Below are positions 1-7,950 of a stretch of 59,219 bases of DNA, piece by piece. The notes below the pieces were generated by a model. It was not told where the DNA came from, did no database searches, and worked only from the letters and a program-made list of their open reading frames with translations. This DNA comes from a virus. Taxonomy: Duplodnaviria > Caudoviricetes. Position 1 is the stretch's first letter. Each line of letters opens with the position of its first letter. The translations under genes and the position numbers were made by a program. The stretch lies in IMG/VR virus record IMGVR_UViG_3300037465_000542, positions 1 to 59,219 of that record. The stretch is one strand, 5' to 3'.

Positions 1-122
1 GCCCCCGGCCCCCCGGCCCGGGGCCCCTTGGGGGTCAAGATTCAGAGGTGGGCGATCTGGGATTTTGGCGGAACGGAAGTGGACCCATTGGGTGCACACA
101 AAGCGTATTCATCCCTTCCCTC

Positions 123-152
123 TTGACTATTTGGCCCATGATGTGGTACGTT
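123..152 (+). promoter_or_regulatory. sigma70-type promoter, probably driving a leaderless mRNA
   Basis: TTGACT (123-128), 18 bp spacer, extended TGn-TACGTT (147-152). ATG at 161 lies at the expected start site and has no SD. Confidence 0.55.
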
Positions 153-160
153 TTGTCCCC

Positions 161-346
161 ATGCAGACGACAAAGCATCGGAAGTTAGAAGCTGACCGGA
201 AGGAAGAGCGGATCCGTGTATGCTGCACGGCTGACCAGAAGAGGGCGATTGAGGAGGCGGCCCGTCGTGAGGGGCTGGATGCTTCTTCGTGGTTGCGTCA
301 GTTAGCCCTTAGGGAAGTCGCGAGAGGGGCCCCCCCTCTCGCTTGA
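161..346 (+). CDS. Ribbon-helix-helix DNA-binding protein (MobC/DUF1778-like)
   Basis: RKEERIRVCCTADQKRAIEEAARREGLDASSWLRQLAL fits the RHH strand-helix-G-helix pattern. Start moved to ATG 161 because of the promoter position. Confidence 0.75.
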   Translation: MQTTKHRKLEADRKEERIRVCCTADQKRAIEEAARREGLDASSWLRQLALREVARGAPPLA

Positions 347-380
347 TTGACCTCCTCCCTCCCGTTAGTGAAGGGGGAGG
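320..380. terminator. GC-rich hairpins at a convergent gene junction, possible terminator
   Basis: GCGAGAGGGG/CCCCTCTCGC stem (320-342) and a CCTCC..GGAGG stem between the converging stops at 346 and 365. U-tracts are weak. Confidence 0.3.
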
Positions 381-682
381 GTTTCCCCGGTGCCGGAGAG
401 CTTGGGGAAGCTGGGCCTTTGTTCCTCGAGCTTTTGGACGATTCGTCTGAGGGTTTCGAAAGCTTGGGCGTCTGGGTCTGTGTCTTTGATGACCTCCACG
501 AACATTTCTGCAAGGCCGACGAGGAAGCGAAGTTCTCTCCAATTCATGCAAACCTCGATATTTGCGAGGGCATCTTTTGGGCAAGATTCGGACCCGCAAG
601 CCGGGCAGGCTGTTGAGCCTATGATCTCATCGTCTGTGAAGGTCATGTTGCAATCTACGCAGCGGATTGGTCTGTCCATCAT
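365..682 (-). CDS. Zinc-ribbon protein
   Basis: CVDC...CPAC at the N-terminus. SD AGGAGG upstream of ATG 682. ATGA overlap with the upstream gene. Confidence 0.7.
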   Translation of the reverse strand: MMDRPIRCVDCNMTFTDDEIIGSTACPACGSESCPKDALANIEVCMNWRELRFLVGLAEMFVEVIKDTDPDAQAFETLRRIVQKLEEQRPSFPKLSGTGETLPLH

Positions 683-906
683 CGTGCTCCTCCTCTTTCG
701 AGTATGGTTTTTGAGAATGTTTCTTCCGAGAGGGCCTTGAGCATCTTCTCCCTTTCTGTCGCTGAGGAGGAGGCCAGCTCGAGGCCGCGTAGGGCGCATC
801 CTACAATCGCGGCGTGGCGAGAGATGCCGATCTTTCTGCTCAACTCGCCTAGCTCGATTAGTCTGGGCTGTGAGAGTCGGATTGATGTGGCGACCGTCTT
901 CGACAT
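679..906 (-). CDS. Putative RHH/CopG-like regulator
   Basis: TSIRLSQPRLIELGELSRKIGISRHAAI is an RHH-like pattern. SD GAAAGGA before ATG 906. Confidence 0.65.
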   Translation of the reverse strand: MSKTVATSIRLSQPRLIELGELSRKIGISRHAAIVGCALRGLELASSSATEREKMLKALSEETFSKTILERGGAR

Positions 907-989
907 TCTAGTCCTTTCCGAGCGGTTAGTGTAGCCAGGAGCCCGAGGCAAAACCCGATTGATAGGGCGATCACTTCTTCTTCCGTCAT
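858..989 (-). CDS. Possible 43-aa single-TM peptide (below the ORF-track cutoff)
   Basis: MTEEEVIALSIGFCLGLLATLTARKG... is the first ORF after the 1017-1045 promoter. SD GAGGAGG is ~13 nt upstream, a long spacing. Confidence 0.35.
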   Translation of the reverse strand: MTEEEVIALSIGFCLGLLATLTARKGLECRRRSPHQSDSHSPD

Positions 990-1016
990 GGCGTTCGAAT
1001 TGACCTCCTCTCGATT

Positions 1017-1045
1017 AGTGTAGATCGGGGGGCCTCACTTGTCAA
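1017..1045 (-). promoter_or_regulatory. sigma70-type promoter
   Basis: Minus strand TTGACA, 17 bp, TACACT. Confidence 0.7.
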
Positions 1046-1058
1046 CTACAAAAGGTAG

Positions 1059-1658
1059 TTATTTGTGCTGCCTCTCGCCGTCTTGAAGCCTTACCATCTC
1101 CTTGTAAACCTCCGTCGCCCAGTCTCTTGCCACGACGGACGGGGGCTTGGCATTGGAGAGGTGATGCCTTTGCAAATGCAAAGGCACGGGTGGGAAGTGG
1201 CGTCTTGCTCCCTCCGGGAACAAACCGCGGACCTCGATCGAGAGGGCCAATCGATCGGCCTCCTCCACGCCGGGAGGGCAGAGGCCGTCCAGCTTGTAGT
1301 GCGAGGCGATCTGGGCAGCCACGATCTCTTCGACCTCCCGATACCCTTCCATCCCGTGAAGACACTTGATTGGGGATGGGAGATCATTGACGAATGCCTC
1401 GGCCGCATCATGCAGCAAAGCCGCGAGCTTGTCCCCCGGGGAGACCAATTCGGCAACGAGGAGAGAGTGCTCTGCAACAGAATAGGGTCGAAGCGTGTGC
1501 CCGGCGTATCGATTGATGTGCGAAAGGGGGCGGGCGAGCGCTTCTGGTTCTATGGCAAAGTGGGGGAGCTCAAAGATCGAGACCATCCCTCCCGTTGAAA
1601 TGACGATGTTCCCGGCAAAACCCGGAAGTCCGTCCGTGTACTGGCTGTGCGGTTTCAA
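1059..1658 (-). CDS. HD-superfamily phosphohydrolase (YfdR-like 5'-deoxynucleotidase)
   Basis: LSHINRYAGH...YSVAEHS...ALLHDAAEAFVNDLPSPIK...EEADRLAL, the typical motif set of phage YfdR-like HD proteins. Confidence 0.88.
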   Translation of the reverse strand: MKPHSQYTDGLPGFAGNIVISTGGMVSIFELPHFAIEPEALARPLSHINRYAGHTLRPYSVAEHSLLVAELVSPGDKLAALLHDAAEAFVNDLPSPIKCLHGMEGYREVEEIVAAQIASHYKLDGLCPPGVEEADRLALSIEVRGLFPEGARRHFPPVPLHLQRHHLSNAKPPSVVARDWATEVYKEMVRLQDGERQHK

Positions 1659-1891
1659 GCCATCTTCCGGCGAAGACGGGCTTTCCTGTCAAAGGCGCGC
1701 AGCGCCTCCTTTGCCGCAGCCTGAATCTCCCATCGTGTGGGCATCTCCCCCAAGGCTTTCATGGGCAGGACGAATCTGGCCCTCTCTTCTCCCGACTCGT
1801 AAAACACGACGAAACGCTGTAGCTTCTCTCCAGTTGCTGGGTCGCAAACCACGGAATCGAACCCGACGAAGTGTTCGTCAAAACATACCAT
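1655..1891 (-). CDS. Hypothetical protein
   Basis: Packed ORF with SD (GGAGG) overlapping the HD gene by 4 nt. Confidence 0.6.
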   Translation of the reverse strand: MVCFDEHFVGFDSVVCDPATGEKLQRFVVFYESGEERARFVLPMKALGEMPTRWEIQAAAKEALRAFDRKARLRRKMA

Positions 1892-1894
1892 TAT

Positions 1895-2251
1895 TTATTT
1901 CCCTCCATTGTCTGGCCTTGTTTTGTGATTTGTGATGACGATGCGTGTCGCCGTCTGCCTCCTTCCGCTTTGATGCATTTCGCATTCTAGGATGCATGGG
2001 AATTCAGCTATTTTGGATTTTGTGTGTGGCGCTGGCAGCTTGGCCGTTGTCAGCCCAGAAAAAAGCAATTTGTGGCTCGTTTGATTGATGGCGCGACGGC
2101 TTGTTCTGAGGCATACGCCGATTCTCTCGCCATCGAGCGAGACCGAGCTGCAATCGAACGTCAGCAGCGTCTTCGGTGTGGACGGAAAAGTCGCCGAGAA
2201 GACCATCTTGTCCTGGTCGATGATGATCGATCCATGAAACCTACTTGTCAT
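1895..2251 (-). CDS. Hypothetical protein
   Basis: ATG 2251 with GGAG SD; fills the operon gap. Confidence 0.55.
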   Translation of the reverse strand: MTSRFHGSIIIDQDKMVFSATFPSTPKTLLTFDCSSVSLDGERIGVCLRTSRRAINQTSHKLLFSGLTTAKLPAPHTKSKIAEFPCILECEMHQSGRRQTATRIVITNHKTRPDNGGK

Positions 2252-2471
2252 AGGACTCCAATCTGGAGAATACCTCATTGAAGATCCGAGACGCCACGGC
2301 CGCCACGTCTCCATCTTCGTCTTCATTCGAGTGGGCTAGGAGCCACTGTTTCGCAAAATTCAGCTCCTCTTTGGTGAGGTAGTTTTTGCCGCGGGCCCCC
2401 TGGCCCGGTCGCTTCCCCTCGAGGTCTATCCAACCCATGATGACCGAAACGACGAAGGCCGCTTTGAGCAT
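2241..2471 (-). CDS. Hypothetical protein
   Basis: ATG 2471 with AAGGAG SD directly downstream of the 2513-2541 promoter. Confidence 0.6.
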   Translation of the reverse strand: MLKAAFVVSVIMGWIDLEGKRPGQGARGKNYLTKEELNFAKQWLLAHSNEDEDGDVAAVASRIFNEVFSRLESYDK

Positions 2472-2512
2472 GGTCTGCTCTCCTTTGGGGTTTGGTCTGT
2501 TAGGGTCCACCT

Positions 2513-2541
2513 ATAATATGGACATCATTTGCTCAGGTCAA
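2513..2541 (-). promoter_or_regulatory. sigma70-type promoter
   Basis: Minus strand TTGACC, 17 bp, TATTAT. Confidence 0.7.
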
Positions 2542-2544
2542 GCC

Positions 2545-3168
2545 CTAATCGCGAGATGTCGTCTTTTTCTTCAAGAGCTCGTTCATGGTCGGGAGGCGTC
2601 CATTGGCGAAGCCGCCAGGGATCTCGGCGAAGGCTTTTTTGAGCCACTCGACCGCGGCTTTCTGCTGGTCCTCCAAGACTGGCTCTTGCGCGGAAGCCGG
2701 CTCTGATTTTTGGGCCGGCTTGGCCGCGCGAGGCCGTCTGGATTTTGGCGGCAGTTCTTCCCCAGGTCCCGGACGTCGAACGCGCCCGTAGTGGCACCAG
2801 CCGCACTGGATTTGATCCTTCCTTGTTTGCAGTCGTTGCAGCGAATAGAAGACCGTCTTGCTGCACCGGATGCATCTGCACAGGACTGTTGAGCGACCAA
2901 CGAAATGCTCGTTTAGCTTCTCGATCGCGATGACCGTCAGGTCTCCGTAGGTAGGACCCACGATGGCATCGATGTTTCTCTTGGCCGCCGTGTGGTGCCG
3001 CCCCTTTGGAAATTCTGGCTTGATCCCCCTCTCCTCGAGCCACAACTTCACGACTTCTCTGCTACACCCCATCTCTCGCGCGACGGCGGTCATGTTGCGA
3101 AGGACGAAGTAGCGAGCGACGGCGGCCCCGCGATCGAACTTTTGTCGCGACATCGTTTGTGGCTCCAT
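2545..3168 (-). CDS. HTH protein carrying the Cys-rich N-terminal module of phage HNH endonucleases but no nuclease domain
   Basis: HTH: MTAVAREMGCSREVVKLWLEERGI. Module: GPTYGDLTVI...LCRCIRC...L...CGWC. SD AAGGAG. Confidence 0.65.
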   Translation of the reverse strand: MEPQTMSRQKFDRGAAVARYFVLRNMTAVAREMGCSREVVKLWLEERGIKPEFPKGRHHTAAKRNIDAIVGPTYGDLTVIAIEKLNEHFVGRSTVLCRCIRCSKTVFYSLQRLQTRKDQIQCGWCHYGRVRRPGPGEELPPKSRRPRAAKPAQKSEPASAQEPVLEDQQKAAVEWLKKAFAEIPGGFANGRLPTMNELLKKKTTSRD

Positions 3169-3246
3169 GTGGTTCTCCTTCTTACACGCTCACATGAGTG
3201 GAATTGCGCGAGTTGGGCAAAAAAGGCAAGGCCGTTCTTGAGTAAA

Positions 3247-3275
3247 TTGACGTTTCCTGGGCGCTAAAGTATCTT
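3247..3275 (+). promoter_or_regulatory. sigma70-type promoter, probably driving a leaderless mRNA
   Basis: TTGACG, 17 bp, TATCTT. In-frame GTG at 3283 lies at the expected start site. Confidence 0.6.
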
Positions 3276-3282
3276 GTGCCTT

Positions 3283-4155
3283 GTGTTTACGGGCGCGACC
3301 TTCGGCCAACTTGTCGTTCAGGGCCCAGCAGACCTCCATTTCCGCGACGGTCGCGCCATGATGCTTTTCCCCTGCGTCTGTTCTTGTGGCCGGCAGCTCA
3401 AGGTGGAGCTGAGGCGACTTCTTCGCGCGCGCGTCGATCGTTGTGGGGGCTGTCGTGGCTCGTCGGGCCTCTCGAAATCGCTGGAGCCGAAAGAAACCCT
3501 CATGATCGATGGCGTTCCTGCGGTCGACCTGCCCGAGTACCATGTCTGGATGGGGATTCGAGATCGAACTTCCAATCCAGAATGTCGTGACTACGAGAAG
3601 TATGGAGCGAGGGGCATCGGCCTGCATCCTGACTGGGCCGCCGACTTCTCGGCTTTTCTTTCATACCTGGGCCGGCGTCCAACCCCGAGGCATTCGGTGG
3701 GGCGGATCGATAACGACGTCGGGTACATACCCGGGAACGTGCGGTGGGAGACGCCGGAGCAGCAATCTCGCAACAAACGAAACTCGAGGCTATTGACCCA
3801 TCCCGAGACGGGAGAGTCGAAGATGTTGGTCGAGTGGTGCGAGGCGTTGGGGATCACGGCCAGTGCGATGCAGAATCGTCTGAGGCGGATGCCTATCGAG
3901 AAAGCCTTGACCCTTCCGAGCAAGAGCCACGGGAAGTCCAACATCTCTCCGGAAAAAGAGCGAGAGCTCGTGGACTTCTTCCTGGAGCCCGGGAATGACT
4001 ACTCGACCGAAGATCTGGCCGAGATCTTCAAGACGACACGGAAGACCGTCGAGAACGTGCTCATCAAACATGGGGCTCGCTCGAAGAGGATCGCGCTCGA
4101 TAGGTCTCGGTATGGTCCATCAGGCGCCGAACGGGTGCCAAGTGGAGATGAATGA
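3283..4155 (+). CDS. Phage HNH (homing) endonuclease-like protein with C-terminal HTH
   Basis: GATFGQLVV..CVCSCG..CGGC; EYHVWMGIRDR..YGARGI..SVGRIDNDVGYIPGNVRWETPEQQSRNKR; C-terminal HTH STEDLAEIFKTTRKTVENVL. Confidence 0.88.
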   Translation: MFTGATFGQLVVQGPADLHFRDGRAMMLFPCVCSCGRQLKVELRRLLRARVDRCGGCRGSSGLSKSLEPKETLMIDGVPAVDLPEYHVWMGIRDRTSNPECRDYEKYGARGIGLHPDWAADFSAFLSYLGRRPTPRHSVGRIDNDVGYIPGNVRWETPEQQSRNKRNSRLLTHPETGESKMLVEWCEALGITASAMQNRLRRMPIEKALTLPSKSHGKSNISPEKERELVDFFLEPGNDYSTEDLAEIFKTTRKTVENVLIKHGARSKRIALDRSRYGPSGAERVPSGDE

Positions 4156-4841
4156 TGAGCGAGACGGTGGTGGACCCAGTTGAGGTCCAAAGGGAGCTGG
4201 AATCTTTCCTGCCCGTGCCAGAGGGGCATGTCGTTGACGTTTCTCTTTCTTCTGGTTTGTTCGCGGAGGTCTCTCTCGACCCTGCCTCTCGCAAGAAGCT
4301 TTTGGCCCGCATCCAGGCGGCGGTCGCCGCTGGAGAAGAAGAGGCGGATGTCATTGAGGAGCTTGGGCTCACTCGAGAACAATATGACGTCGTAAGGCAG
4401 GACTACTATCGACAGCACGAGGTCGGGCTGCAGTCGAAATTACGTCCAGAACACGCTTTCATCGACTGGCTCGTCTACCATCGGGCTCTCATCCGGGAAC
4501 TAAATGACTTCATCAAGGCACAACAAGTCGCTGTTGCGTCTGGCTCCCAGGCGGAGGGGCAGCCTCAGACCGTTCGGCTGGTCGACATGGACCCAAAGGC
4601 TCATTTGGGGGCCATCAAGCTAAAGAGCGAGATCTACGAGAAGATGATAGACCGTGGGCAGAATTTGGGACTCATCAAGAAGGCCACGGACACGAAGCTC
4701 GTTGGCGTTGTCGTTTCCGAGCTCGACGACAAGGCATTCATGGAGCTGATCGTGAAAGAGATTTCGGAGTTCGAGCGGGTCATGAGGGTTTATGGGACGA
4801 CAGACATCTATGGCCGTGCGCTTACGGGTGCGGCCCCCTAG
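4152..4841 (+). CDS. Putative terminase small subunit
   Basis: HTH-like EADVIEELGLTREQY followed by helical segments, upstream of TerL. Positional inference only. Confidence 0.45.
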   Translation: MMSETVVDPVEVQRELESFLPVPEGHVVDVSLSSGLFAEVSLDPASRKKLLARIQAAVAAGEEEADVIEELGLTREQYDVVRQDYYRQHEVGLQSKLRPEHAFIDWLVYHRALIRELNDFIKAQQVAVASGSQAEGQPQTVRLVDMDPKAHLGAIKLKSEIYEKMIDRGQNLGLIKKATDTKLVGVVVSELDDKAFMELIVKEISEFERVMRVYGTTDIYGRALTGAAP

Positions 4842-4845
4842 GCGT

Positions 4846-5319
4846 TTACGATCTCCCTTTCCCAAAGAGCCAGCCCACAACTCCCGTGATCGCTGCGACG
4901 ATGAGTGCGCCCAGGACTTTGAGCCACCCGCCGTGGACTGCCCAGAAGGCTCGTGCGGTCCCTCTCGTCTCTGCGGCCGTCAGCGCGGCCTCTTGGGCCA
5001 ATTGCTGCGCGCGGGCCGTAGATCCTTCTCGCCAGTCCTCGCGGGCCATCGCTGCTGCCCGGGCGGCCTCGAGCGCCACGACTCGAGACTCTAGCTCAGT
5101 GAGGGCTCCGGTGCTTGACAGGGAATCTCTGTGAGTCTCGTCGCGGAGTTGCTCGACCTTGTCCGTCAACCCAGCCACTTTGCCCGCGAGGTCTGTGATG
5201 GCTACCTCAGCCCGACGTCCTTCTGAGGCGACGCGCTCTCGCAGATCGTCAATCGCCTTCGTGTTCGCCTGGAGCTGGTCGTAGATGATTGTCGTCTCGC
5301 TCGAGCTACGCTCGGCCAT
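4846..5319 (-). CDS. Coiled-coil protein with C-terminal transmembrane anchor
   Basis: Heptad-rich body; WLKVLGALIVAAITGVVGWLFGK at the C-terminus; strong SD AGGAGGAG before ATG 5319. Confidence 0.7.
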   Translation of the reverse strand: MAERSSSETTIIYDQLQANTKAIDDLRERVASEGRRAEVAITDLAGKVAGLTDKVEQLRDETHRDSLSSTGALTELESRVVALEAARAAAMAREDWREGSTARAQQLAQEAALTAAETRGTARAFWAVHGGWLKVLGALIVAAITGVVGWLFGKGRS

Positions 5320-5696
5320 CACTCCTCCTCTTACGAATCGCTGCCATGTCGTGGCAAGCACCGTCGATTTAGCATAATGCACGATTTTCGGGTGCTTGCG
5401 CCAGGGGCAGCAACCCAAGGCGTAGCTGGCGACGATGAAACTTTGTCGCGCACTTCATGCCATGCCCATTGTTGAGATTAACTCCCCTTGCGAGACGAGG
5501 GGGCGGGGTTTAATCGCTACTCCGATTTGGACTTGACATCGCCCGCTGCTTGGTTTGATAACGGAGGTGGATCGGTTTCCCAAATAATGCCCGGCATCCC
5601 CCCTGGCGTGCGATGATTGATGGGTGATTGAGCAACGTGCAATTCCCAAGTTAGAGTGGGGGGACTCGAAAACGCCCCCACGCGGAGGAGAAAGAA

Positions 5697-5996
5697 ATGA
5701 GCTCTGGAGTTCGTATGGCGGCGAGTGGTTCTGCTGTGGGCACTGGCGCAAATCTCGACGTCAAGTCGGTTGGCTTCAGGCCACGCAAGGTCCAGTTGTG
5801 GAACGTGGCGAGCGGGGATCGAATGACGTGGGTCGAGTCGATGCCGTCGGGCTATGGGTTCAAGGAGGTCGCGGCAGGAGCCGGAAGCTACGTGACGACT
5901 GGCGGCATCAGTCCGCTCGTGGATGGTTTCCGGCTTGGGACCGACAGCGACATGAATGTCAACGGCGAAAGTCTCATTTGGCACGCAGAGCAGTGA
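5697..5996 (+). CDS. Small beta-rich virion protein (putative head decoration)
   Basis: GTGANLDV..VGFRPRKVQL...GFRLGTDSDMNVNGE..WHA resembles small phage structural proteins. SD GGAGGAG. Confidence 0.55.
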   Translation: MSSGVRMAASGSAVGTGANLDVKSVGFRPRKVQLWNVASGDRMTWVESMPSGYGFKEVAAGAGSYVTTGGISPLVDGFRLGTDSDMNVNGESLIWHAEQ

Positions 5997-6010
5997 GGTA
6001 AGGGGCGCCC

Positions 6011-6385
6011 GTGGCGATCATTCATGCCCCTGAGCTCCCGATGCAACCCGGCAAGGTGTTGCATCGGGAAAACTTGACCACTGCGGATTCGTCTGTCCCC
6101 ACGATGCTGAGCTCGGGACTCGACCCCGGCGGCTTCAGTTACGTTGCCATCGATGCCATCCTGGCCTCGGGCACTTCAGGGGTAGGTCTCGAGGTTCACG
6201 TCTGGAGCGACGGCGCGCAGAAATTCGTACCTGCCATTCCGGCGTTGGTGACCACGGGACTTGGCGCCACCTCATCTTGGGCCGTCGAGGTCCTGGGGCG
6301 TCGGTTTTGGGTTAAATTGACCGCGATCTCTGGAGCAACCCCGAGAGTCGATATCTACGCCTCGGTCCTCGAGGCAAGACGCTAG
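6011..6385 (+). CDS. Small beta-sandwich protein, probably virion-associated
   Basis: Alternating hydrophobic strands; packed in the operon before TerL. Confidence 0.5.
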   Translation: MAIIHAPELPMQPGKVLHRENLTTADSSVPTMLSSGLDPGGFSYVAIDAILASGTSGVGLEVHVWSDGAQKFVPAIPALVTTGLGATSSWAVEVLGRRFWVKLTAISGATPRVDIYASVLEARR

Positions 6386-6396
6386 GCGCCCCCCGG

Positions 6397-7950
6397 ATGT
6401 CTCCGGCTGAACTCGCGATTTCTCGGCAATTGAGCCCAGCGATTTTTGCCGACAGGGCAAAGGCGCTGGGCTTCTTGCGTCAGCTCGTGGATCGTCAGAA
6501 AGAAACCGTCCGTCGCATTATCGTTCGAGGTGGGCGGGTCGATCTTTTGGCAGAGTTGCTGGGGTATGTCGTCCATCCAGTCGCTCACCTATCGATCTTG
6601 CGTCATCAAATGACCCATCGACGCTCCCTCACTCTTGCCCCCAGAGGGGGCGGCAAGACGTTGATGGGCACGGTCACGAAAGCCATACACCTGCTCGTTC
6701 GCAACCCTAGGACGAAAGGGCTCATCGTTTCGAAGACCGAGGGCAACGCAGAGGGCATGCTTCGCACGGTCCGCTCCCACATTGAGAGCGGAGAACGATT
6801 CCGGTGGGTGTTTGGCGATCTTGTTGGCAAGCGGCCCTGGAACGACAGCGAGATCCTCCTGAAGGATCTTCCGGAAGACGTGACGAGCACGATTACAGCC
6901 GTTGGTATCGGTGGCGCGCTCCCGTCCAAGCACTTCGACTGGATCCTGGCGGACGATCTGATCGAGCTGGACAGCGCTCGCTCTGAGACAGAGCGCAGGA
7001 AGACGTTGGATTGGTTCATGACGGTGGCCATGCCGACTTTAAATCCGCCATCGTCTACCGACCCAGATGTTGGGCAGCTTCATGTCTTGGGGACGCGCTA
7101 CCATCCAGACGACATCTATTCGACATTCAAAAATGGAATGATGAAGGGAGCGACCCTCGAGATCGCGGCCCTCGCCAGAGGGAACGATCCTGCGCTCCCA
7201 GACGAGGAGCGGAGTTTTTGGGAGGAGAGGTTTTCGACAAAGCATCTCATTGAAATGAGAGATCCAATCACCGGGATTGGTCTCGTCGCGTTCAATAGTC
7301 AGATGCAGCAAAACACAGAGGCGATGAAGGGGAAGATCTTCCAGTACGACGATTGCAATGTATGTGAGGAGGAGAAATTACCAGATCCGAAAAAGTGCAT
7401 TCTTTACGTTGGAACTGATTTGGCGATTCGTCAGCGCAAAAAAGACGATCGCTTCGCGCTTGTCGCGATTCTTGTCGATGAGCAGAAACCAGATCCTCAT
7501 ATTTGGGTGGTTGGGTACTACTCTGGTCAGTTGAGAATCTTGGAGCAAAAAGAGAAGATCGTAGCATTCGCCTTGGCGATGCGCAAGAAATTCTTGCAAC
7601 CGGAGCACACCAAGACGAGAATTGGCATTGAATCGAACGGTTATCAAGAAGGGCAGATTCAACTGACGGAAAAAGAAATCAGAGACAATGGATTGCCTCT
7701 GGAGGTGATCCCCATAAATACGACCAGAGACAAGGAGGTCCGGGCACAGCGTCTGGCCCCAATCTTCCAGCGGGGTCGCGTCCATTTCGTCAAGGGGCTC
7801 GACTTGCTCGTCGACGAGATCGTTCAGATGCCAGATGGTGCTCACGATGATGGATTTGACGCGCTGGATGCGGCGATGACTTTGGGGGTCCGTGGCACTC
7901 GTCGTAAGGTCCGAACTCGAAAGTTGGGCGTGATCGGGGTTTCTCGATGA
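6397..7950 (+). CDS. terL: Terminase large subunit
   Basis: Walker A APRGGGKT, Walker B WILADDLIE, coupling motif GTRYH, nuclease motifs VGTDLA, IESNGYQ and HDDGFDA. Confidence 0.96.
   Translation: MSPAELAISRQLSPAIFADRAKALGFLRQLVDRQKETVRRIIVRGGRVDLLAELLGYVVHPVAHLSILRHQMTHRRSLTLAPRGGGKTLMGTVTKAIHLLVRNPRTKGLIVSKTEGNAEGMLRTVRSHIESGERFRWVFGDLVGKRPWNDSEILLKDLPEDVTSTITAVGIGGALPSKHFDWILADDLIELDSARSETERRKTLDWFMTVAMPTLNPPSSTDPDVGQLHVLGTRYHPDDIYSTFKNGMMKGATLEIAALARGNDPALPDEERSFWEERFSTKHLIEMRDPITGIGLVAFNSQMQQNTEAMKGKIFQYDDCNVCEEEKLPDPKKCILYVGTDLAIRQRKKDDRFALVAILVDEQKPDPHIWVVGYYSGQLRILEQKEKIVAFALAMRKKFLQPEHTKTRIGIESNGYQEGQIQLTEKEIRDNGLPLEVIPINTTRDKEVRAQRLAPIFQRGRVHFVKGLDLLVDEIVQMPDGAHDDGFDALDAAMTLGVRGTRRKVRTRKLGVIGVSR

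Noticed and set aside
1-36. GC-rich repeats and hairpins at the left edge as a genome terminus
   Set aside because: Low-complexity and cut by the window; there is no matching repeat at the other end.
1059-1658. DatZ-type dATPase implying a Z-base or other modified genome
   Set aside because: Motifs fit the common YfdR-like HD family, and no PurZ or modification genes are in the window.
5480-5610. tRNA gene
   Set aside because: No cloverleaf or T-loop GTTC motif could be fitted.
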